Below, one piece after another: positions 56,326 through 64,000 of a stretch of 64,000 bases of DNA. Position 1 is the first letter of the stretch. Every line of letters begins with the position of its first letter. The notes beneath the pieces were generated by a model. That model was not told the origin of the DNA. It worked only from the letters and a program-made list of their open reading frames with translations, and did not search any database. Made by a program: the position numbers and the translations under genes. The DNA comes from Lingula anatina (lineage: Eukaryota; Animalia; Brachiopoda). Location of the stretch: positions 19,844,848 to 19,908,847 of the forward strand of contig CM120643.1 in NCBI GenBank assembly GCA_051362555.1, given 5' to 3'.

Positions 56326-58902
56326 TTCACATCAGAACAATTTCTAGAAAAGTTCACCTAAAAATTTTATATAAACATTCACATGTGGAAAAAAAAAACA
56401 TTGTATTTCACCAAACATGTTATCATGCCTACTTAAAGGTCATCGTTGTATGCAGCAAAAGCCAAAACATTGAATTCGGTATGTATCAGTCAAGCATTTT
56501 AGAATTGATATTGCTTTAGAACAAGATGATTTGAAATTAGTGGGTAAAATATCAGTTCATTTATAAGTAAAATTGGTTTTCTAATTTAGCTTTTTTTTTT
56601 TTTTTGGCACAGTTAACTTATGAAGAAAAATTATGTTTTGATTCCACACCCTACCCCATATGCATTTAGTTGTGATTTATCACTACTAGTCTTATGATTT
56701 GTTTTTAAATATTGTCAAAAATAATCAGAAACAGGTTTAAGATTTTAGATGTTCTGCTAAAAAAGCACATCTTGCTAGCATTGGAGAACCCATGGCTTTA
56801 AAAAAAAGGGGGGGAGGTAGAGTAGTGGGGAAAGACATAGTGTTAGAATGCAAAAAATGGGGAGGTTTAAGTGGGTGGAGGGAGGGGCACATGTCCCCCC
56901 AGTACCCCCTGGGCTGATAAATGAAGAGGTCACAGTGCCAAGCAGTGCAGTGGTCCTTCCACTAAATAAATGCTGATGAAGGTCTAGTCACCACAGTTTG
57001 TTTGTGTACTGAGGAGAGAGTGCTGCATGGCCTGATGTCTGCTGCTAGGAGAGAAAGCATTTGTTTTAGCAGCTGATGAGGACACTAGGTATATCGATAG
57101 CAGTGATGTCACCACTGGACCAGCAAAGCAAAGTAATGGCAGTCTTGGGCTAAAGACCTTCCTTGATGACTTTAAGTAGCATATATTTAACTTAAAATTT
57201 TCATGTTTTTTATGTTTGTATTTATTTATTTTTTATTTTTATTATTTTTTTTTTTGAGAAACTACTGGTAAATGAAAATATGTTTGTGAACATCCTTATA
57301 TATATACCTATAAGATCCTATCTGCATTATTTTGAAGTGTAGTATGTCCAAAAAATACATATATTGTTAATCATAAGGTCTGTGTTGTACTAGTAGTTCA
57401 TTTTACCTTTCATTTGCATGGTAATTCTTGACACCTGAAACTAGACAGCTTATGTCGGAAAATGTTGTCATATGCAAATATCTCTGACCTGGTGACTTTA
57501 ACTGGACTTTTAAGACCCTAAAGCTCTGTTGATGACTATATGCATGTACAGTACTAGTGTACTGTTACCAAGCAGTTTTCCTTGGACAATGTCATGTTAA
57601 TTGCCGTTTGTTCTGTAATTGGATTCCATGCCATGGCTTGACTCTTACCTCATTTGTGTTAAATGAAGAGGTTGATATTACATGTATATGGAGGATGTTG
57701 TCAATCTTGGTAGTGTTACCTCTATTTGTGTTTAAATGACAACTTTTAATTAAGACCCCATTCCCATAATTACCAACGATCTATGTAGATTGATCCAACT
57801 CTGTGAGGACTGACTCATGCTGAGTGCCTTCAGCTTAAGAGTATTTATTTATTTATTTGTCCTTCTGTCCATCCATCCACTTTTCATGTTTTTGTCTGTC
57901 TGTCTGTCTTTCTGCCTGATTTTATTTTTAGACAAATTACTTTTTTCCTGACATTTTGTCCTGAATGGACATCATTTCTCATTATGGATATTCTCCTGAT
58001 GTTTTTTACGTACTGTCAACATGACAGATCACGATAGATGTCTGATTATATGTGCACTTGCAAAAGAATTACTCATCTGAAACTTCACTGTCACGAGCAC
58101 AGCCAATGCACTGAAAGACTTACTATAGTGGAACACCCTCATTGTGTCCACGTTTATTGTAAAAACACAGAAAACTGTGCATTACTGCTATATTTTGTAA
58201 TTTTATTTGTTCACTTGTTAACAGTTTTATTGGAGAGGGGGGGGGGTTATTCAGGGCGTGTTTCAATGTTATCTCGTTAACTGATGTTTGTGTTATTTGA
58301 TCACTGTCTCATTTGTGTGCAAAATTAATTTGTGCATTTAAAAGGAAGATTTGACAAATGAACCCAGTAATGAGTAGACATTAGCTAACGAAGGCATTGT
58401 CTCACAGGCCCTGAATGTGCCTTGATACAAAAATAATGTTCTAGGAAATTTAATGGGCAGTCTCTGGCGTTAACACTAGCCCAATACCAAATTACAGTAG
58501 AATTAAAGACAAGTTGATTTAATTACATAAATATGTTCAGTAAATGGCCATTGTTACACCATTGGGCCAGTAGTTTGCAAGACCCTGTTGTCCACAAAGG
58601 GCCAGGAGGCTAAAAAGGTTTGGCACAGATTGTATGGGGGATGGGGCATGGGCTAAACATTTCCAAACTTGCCTAAAGAAAAAAAATTGTTAGTCAAATT
58701 AATCATTGATTTATTTCAAACTTTTTATTTTGGATAAAATACTTCCACCAATTTAGTTGAAAGAAATTTCATCCGAGAAATGACCCAGGATCTTTGTATA
58801 CGTACCTATTGCTTCCACAACATTGTTTCCCCCTGATGATATCTGGGCATATGTTGTCTGGTGGAGATAGGCAATCAACAGCACTGCCAATACAGACATC
58901 AT
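43789..58902 (-). CDS. Type I transmembrane receptor: signal peptide, SUEL/Gal-lectin-like domain, 3 CUB domains, Thr/Ser-rich stalk, TM, ~240-aa Tyr-motif-rich tail (~991 aa, 11 exons)
   Basis: Exons 58902-58806 (MMSVLAVLLIAYLHQTTYA), 53683-53527 and 49417-49248 (LHCSVGMVIRV...RCSGHQNC...NYITVEYEC), 48976-48792 and 48501-48204 (CUB1), 47626-47246 (CUB2), 46931-46806, 46483-46097 (CUB3), 45786-45421 (Thr-rich), 44869-44785 (TM), 44512-43789. All GT-AG with consistent phases, total 2976 nt. CUB motifs SPxYPxxYP, CxYD/CxFD, FxSD, GF. Confidence 0.9.
52996..53317. repeat. ~40-45-bp minisatellite, about 7 degenerate copies
   Basis: Unit approx. ttgaagaaactattattgtaactttgggtgcataacacacttgt. Confidence 0.85.
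54943..55116. repeat. Long imperfect palindrome (foldback/MITE-like)
   Basis: ttcataatga...tttaaaactgttcagtttctacacaataa pairs with ttattgtgtagaaattgaacagttttaaa...tcattatgaa; inner tacctgaga pairs with tctcaggta. Confidence 0.75.
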
Positions 58903-59699
58903 AGTTCTATTCCAATCAGTAAAAAAGATGATGGTTTATGGATCACAGTGGTACAGTATGGAATCCTATTGTGTTTTTCAGTTCCATGAGGTTTTGGTCT
59001 TCCTGGTTTATCTATTTAAGCGGTTGCTCTCCAAGGGGAGTATCAGAATAGCTGCGCATACAGACTTGCACGATCTCTGTTCTTCCTCCTGTCTCCCAGT
59101 GTGAGAAAAAAGAAAGAAATGTAGAAATAGCTTTCTGTGTTTTGTATGCTATTCAAATTAAGTATCATCAAAAATTTTCACTGACAACTCAGGCTTTGCA
59201 AATCGTGAGCTGACGAGCAGTTTGTTGCAAGTGAGAATGACTTGGAACCTGGTCGTATTGAGTGTTGCTGGTGCTGATACTGCCTAACCTTACAATGACA
59301 GAAACTGTTCTGTTGCCTACAACTTGGTTCACTTCCCATGTGGAGAGATGGTGGTAAAAACCATACAGTTGGCTCCCGTGGAAGTTGATATACCAGCCTC
59401 TATCCCCAGCTCCTGACCTAAGAATTGAATTTCACTGGTGGAGATTTAGCCGCTGAAATACAGTATCTCCACTCCCATAAGTCCGTCATTGTATTGATTG
59501 TCTCTGCGTGTGTGTTAAGTGCAGTGTGTAGAGCACCAGGGCCTTGGATTTAGAGATATTGGTTTTCAGTCCAGTAGAAAGCTTCAGGTTCCTCCTACCA
59601 TGAGTCAGCCTTCCTATTGGCTGCCCTATTGTTGGTATCTCCTCTTTCACTATTCACTCCAAGCCATCCGGAAAGGCAACATGATTACCTGGTCTATTG

Positions 59700-59945
59700 A
59701 TATAAAGCAAGACAGCTAAGTAGCTCGCTTGTCCGTTATATAATCCCCAGCTGAATGGCAGAAGACCGATTGGCGGCTTTCATAAAAGAGTCATGACGAG
59801 TCTCGGTCAGGTTGTGATTGTCAAACTGGCCCATTCAGGTATGAAACAGGGGTGACTGGTTTGTTTACACGTTCTCTGAACGCGTGGAATTTGTGCACTA
59901 TGGGTGCCTGGTACCAAAAGACCCCCTGCCAATTGATTGGCCAGC
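59700..59945 (-). promoter_or_regulatory. Candidate promoter of the nested SUEL-CUB gene
   Basis: On the minus strand TATATAA at ~59736-59742 with CCAAT boxes at ~59769-59773 and ~59936-59940, in a locally GC-richer stretch ~800 bp upstream of the ATG. Confidence 0.35.
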
Positions 59946-60803
59946 GTGACCTATGGGGCCGAGGCCCATTGTTGTCAGTTGAATTCCCCCTCTGCGATTT
60001 TTGACATTAATTATTTGATAATTAACTCCGGCTGAGCCTGCAGTAGAATTTTTGTATGCTTGGAGTACCAACACAGCCTCAGTGGGATAACTGATGAATG
60101 ACTTAAATTATCATGCATAATATACAATCATGCTTTACTCCTTGCATCTTTCCTAGTACTTGATTTTATTTATTTATTTATTTATTTATTTGACACACTT
60201 ATGCTTCAAAACATTATTTATAATAAATTATATATGGCATGTTTGTATATCAGTGTGTATTGTACATTAACATTTGGCACAAGCTGTGCATTAGCTGTAA
60301 ATATATATTTGACATACAAATAGATTTCAGTTTGTAGGGGAAATTTCATCACAGGAGAAATTTGTTCTTTACAAGCTTGGTGATTTTATTTTAGACAGAG
60401 CAGAACAAAATCAACTTTGAAGAATAACTAAACGTAAATTAAAGGTAATTTTGGAGCCATTTAAACACCTCCCTCCTGCCTGAAATATATAATATACTCT
60501 TTGTCTGCCTCATGATGGATGGGATAATGATTCCAGCATTCATCCTTAAGGGTTGAACTTTTCCCTCATTTCTCCCTAAAGGAGAATTCAAAATTGTCAG
60601 TTCACAGTTAAGATATTAGTGTTAGGTGTGCGGGGGACATTGTGACGTCTTAATCCCAAGGTGGCAGTAAAATTATGGTGTTAAGCAGGTGCATACCTTG
60701 AAATAGAAGTGATAATATTATGTAAAAGAAGGGGGGGGTGGGGGGGGTTCAAGCCAGGATAATGCATTTGTATGTACTAATATGTACATTTGAAATTTAG
60801 GTC

Positions 60804-63800
60804 TTTTTATGTACAGACACAGATGTGTCTGTACATATAGCCATCATCTGCGTCTGTCGTCGCCGTCGCCGTCGTCGCCGTGCACTTTTACCGATAACAC
60901 GATAAGTGGAAAACTGTTTTTTCTTTTGGCTTGAAACTTACAGAACTGATGAATATTCGTAATACGCAGATCAAGTTCGAAAATCAGCATGATCGGGTCA
61001 CTTATAGGGAATTTATGCTGTTTTTTCACTTTTTTCAGCATATATGCAGCACCGATAACACGATAAGTGGAAAATCATTTTACCTTTTGGCTTGAAACTT
61101 ACAGAACTGATGAATATTCATAATAGGCAGGTCAAGTTCGAAAATCAGCATGATCGGGTCACTTATAGGGAATTTATGCTGTTTTTTCACTTTTTTCAGC
61201 ATATATGCAGCACCGATAACACGATAAGTGGAAAACCATTTTACCTTTTGGCTTGAAACTTACAGAACTGATGAATATTCATAATACGCAGGTCAAGTTC
61301 GAAAATCAGCACGATCGGGTCACTTATAGGGAATTTATGCTGTTTTTTCCCCTTTTTTCAGTATATATGCAAGACTGATAACACAATATAAGAAAAACAG
61401 ATTGGCCAATTGTCATTATACTCACAGGAGGGGCCAATCTTACTAAAACGCAGGTTGAGTTTGAAAATCAGCATAATCAGTCCATTATTTTAGAAGTTAT
61501 GCTGTTTTTTCACATTTCCTCACATTCAATTCTTAGGCATGTTAACAGTCTCATTATTTAACTAATAAGATACGTAAAAGTGTTTGTTTGACATTTCCTG
61601 CATCTTTACAACATTTTTAGTTGATTTTGTAAAAATGATGGTAAACTTGTTATCATGTATTGTGTAATAAAGTGTCAAAAATGGAAATAAACTCATATCA
61701 TTGCAGTTTGTCAGATGCATTCATCCACTATGTTCAGAATCTCAGAATGGAGGAAGTTGGACATTTAACACTGTTCTATTGATACTTTTCCCATCTCATC
61801 GATTTTCTTCATTGGTCATATAAAAATGGCAGTAAACTGTTTATTTTGTTTTATGTTAAAAAAGTGTTAAAAATGGAAATAAACCCATTTCAGAACAGTG
61901 CTGTCTTGTTTACATTTTGGCATTTTTATGTACAGACACAGATGTGTCTGTACATATAGCCATCATCTGCGTCTGTCGTCGCCGTCGCCGTCGCCGTCGT
62001 CGCCGTCGCCGTGCACTTTTACCGATAACACGATAAGTGGAAAACTGTTTTTTCTTTTGGGTTGAAACTTACAGAACTGATGAATATTCGTAATACGCAG
62101 GTCAAGTTCGAAAATCAGCATGATCGGGTCACTTATAGGGAACTTATGCTGTTTTTTCACTTTTTTCAGCATATATGCAGCACCGATAACACGATAAGTG
62201 GAAAACCATTTTACCTTTTGGCTTGAAACTTACAAAACTGATGAATATTCACAATACGCAGGTCAAGTTCGAAAATCAGCGTGATTGGGTCATTTTTAGT
62301 GAATTTAGGCTATTTTTTCTCTTTTTTCAGCGTATATGCAGCACCGATAACACCATAAATGGAAAACCATTTTACCTTTTGGCTTGAAACTTACAAAACT
62401 GATGAATATTCAAAATACGCAGGTCAAGTTTGAAAATCAGCATGATCGGGCCATTTTTAGGGATGTTATGCTGTTTTTTCACTTCTTTCAACATATATGC
62501 AACGCTAATAACACAATATAAGAAAAACAGATAGGCCAATTGTCATTATACTCACAGGAGTAGTCAAACTAACTAAAAAACGCAGGTTGAGTTCCAAAAT
62601 CAGCATAATCGGGCCATTCTTTTAGAAGTTATGCTGTTTTTTCACATTTCCTCAGATTCAATTGTTAGGCATATTAACAGTCTCATTATTGAACTAATAA
62701 GATACGTAAAAGTGTTTGTTTGACATTTCCTGCATCTTAATAACATTGTTAGTTGATTATGTAAAAATGATGGTAAACTTGTTATTGTGTATTATGTTAT
62801 AAAGTGTCAAAAATGGAAATAAACAAATATCATTGCAGTTTGTCAGATTCAATCATCTACTATATTCATTATCTCAGAATGGAGGAAATTGGACATTTAA
62901 CACTGTTCTATTGATATTTTTCCCATCTCATCAATTTTCTTAGTTGATCATATACAAATGGTAGAAAACTGTTTATTTTGTTTTATGTTAAAAAAGTGTT
63001 TTAAAAATGGAAGTAAACCAATTGCAGAACAGTGCTGTCTTGTTTCAGCATATATGCAGCACCGATAACACGATAAGTGGAAAACCATTTTACCTTTTCC
63101 CTTGAAACTTACAAAACTGATGAATATTCATAATATGCAGGTCAAGTTCGAAAATCAGCATGATCGGGTCATTTTTAGGGTAGTTATGCTGTTTTTTCAC
63201 TTTTTTCAGCATATATGCAGCACCGATAACACGATAAGTGGAAAACCATTTTACCTTTTGGTTTCAAACTTACAGAACTGATGAATATTCATAATACGCA
63301 GGTCAAGTTCGAAAATCAGCATGAGCGGGTCACTTATAGGGAATTTATGCTGTTTTTTCATTTTTTTCAGCATAAATGCAACACCGATAACACGATAAGT
63401 GAAAAACCGTTTTACCTTTTGGCTTGAAACTTACTGAAATGATGAATTTTCATAATACGCAGGTCAAGTTTGAAAATCAGCCTGATCGGGCCATTTTTAT
63501 GGAAGTTATGCTGTTTTTTCACTATTTCAGCATATGTGCAACACTGATAACACATTTCAAGGAAAATCAATTGGCCAATCGTCTTGAAATTCACAGGGGT
63601 GATCAGATTTACTAAAATTAAGATGAGGTTCGAAAATAAGCTTGATCGGTTCAGTTTTGCTGAAATTGTGCCTTTTTTTGTATATAAGTCTTTTTTCCTC
63701 GGATTTAATTCATAGGCATGTTAAGAATCTCATTTGTGAACTAATTAGTAATGTAAAGGTGTTCTTTTGACATTTTCTGCATCTTAACAATATTGTTAGT

Positions 63801-64000
63801 TGATTATATAAAAATGATGGTAAACCTGTTATTGTGCATTGTGTAATAAAGTGTCAAAAATGGAAATAAACTCATATCTTTAACAGTTTGTCAGATTCAA
63901 TTATTCACCATGTTCAGAATCTCAGAATGGAACATATTGGACATTTATAATTTTTCTATTGATATTTTTCCTATGTCAACAACTTTCTTAGTTGATCATT
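60804..64000 (+). mobile_element. Head-to-tail array of the same Helentron/HINE-like element with 161-bp tandem units
   Basis: Heads tttttatgtacagacacagatgtgtctgtacata at 60804 and ~61923, (cgtcgc)n microsatellite, units at 60891, 61052, 61213, 61375; a third headless block from ~63045; runs off the window. Confidence 0.8.

Noticed and set aside
57070-57178. Plus-strand exon-like stretch after ttgttttag as an alternative ATP2C1 terminal exon
   Set aside because: No similarity to SPCA TM8-TM10 in any frame and no other support.
60891-63600. Regular repeats superficially like a CRISPR array
   Set aside because: Units are contiguous ~161-bp repeats with no unique spacers; eukaryotic context and no cas genes.

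Overview
AT-rich, intron-containing animal genomic DNA; gene and repeat content suggest a lophotrochozoan, probably a mollusc (inference). Left to right: (1) a class A GPCR with an intronless CDS (+), between two copies of a decayed Tc1/mariner transposase fragment; (2) a 4-exon MARVEL-domain membrane protein (+); (3) three tandem 3-exon genes (-), each encoding a secreted 163-aa Cys-rich protein with two DUF3011/ADEL-lectin-like repeats, interleaved with pseudogenised pieces of the MARVEL gene; (4) ATP2C1/SPCA1 Ca2+/Mn2+ P-type ATPase (+), 20 exons and 819 codons traced to the end of TM7, with the last exons not found in the window; (5) an 11-exon antisense gene, apparently nested in that ATP2C1 intron, encoding a ~991-aa type I receptor (signal peptide, SUEL lectin, 3 CUB, Thr-rich stalk, TM, cytoplasmic tail rich in Tyr motifs). 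Repeats include Helentron/HINE-like elements carrying ~160-bp tandem units, several MITE families (one whose core is flipped relative to its ends) and local duplications. All gene models were built by eye from splice sites and reading frame; no database search was run.
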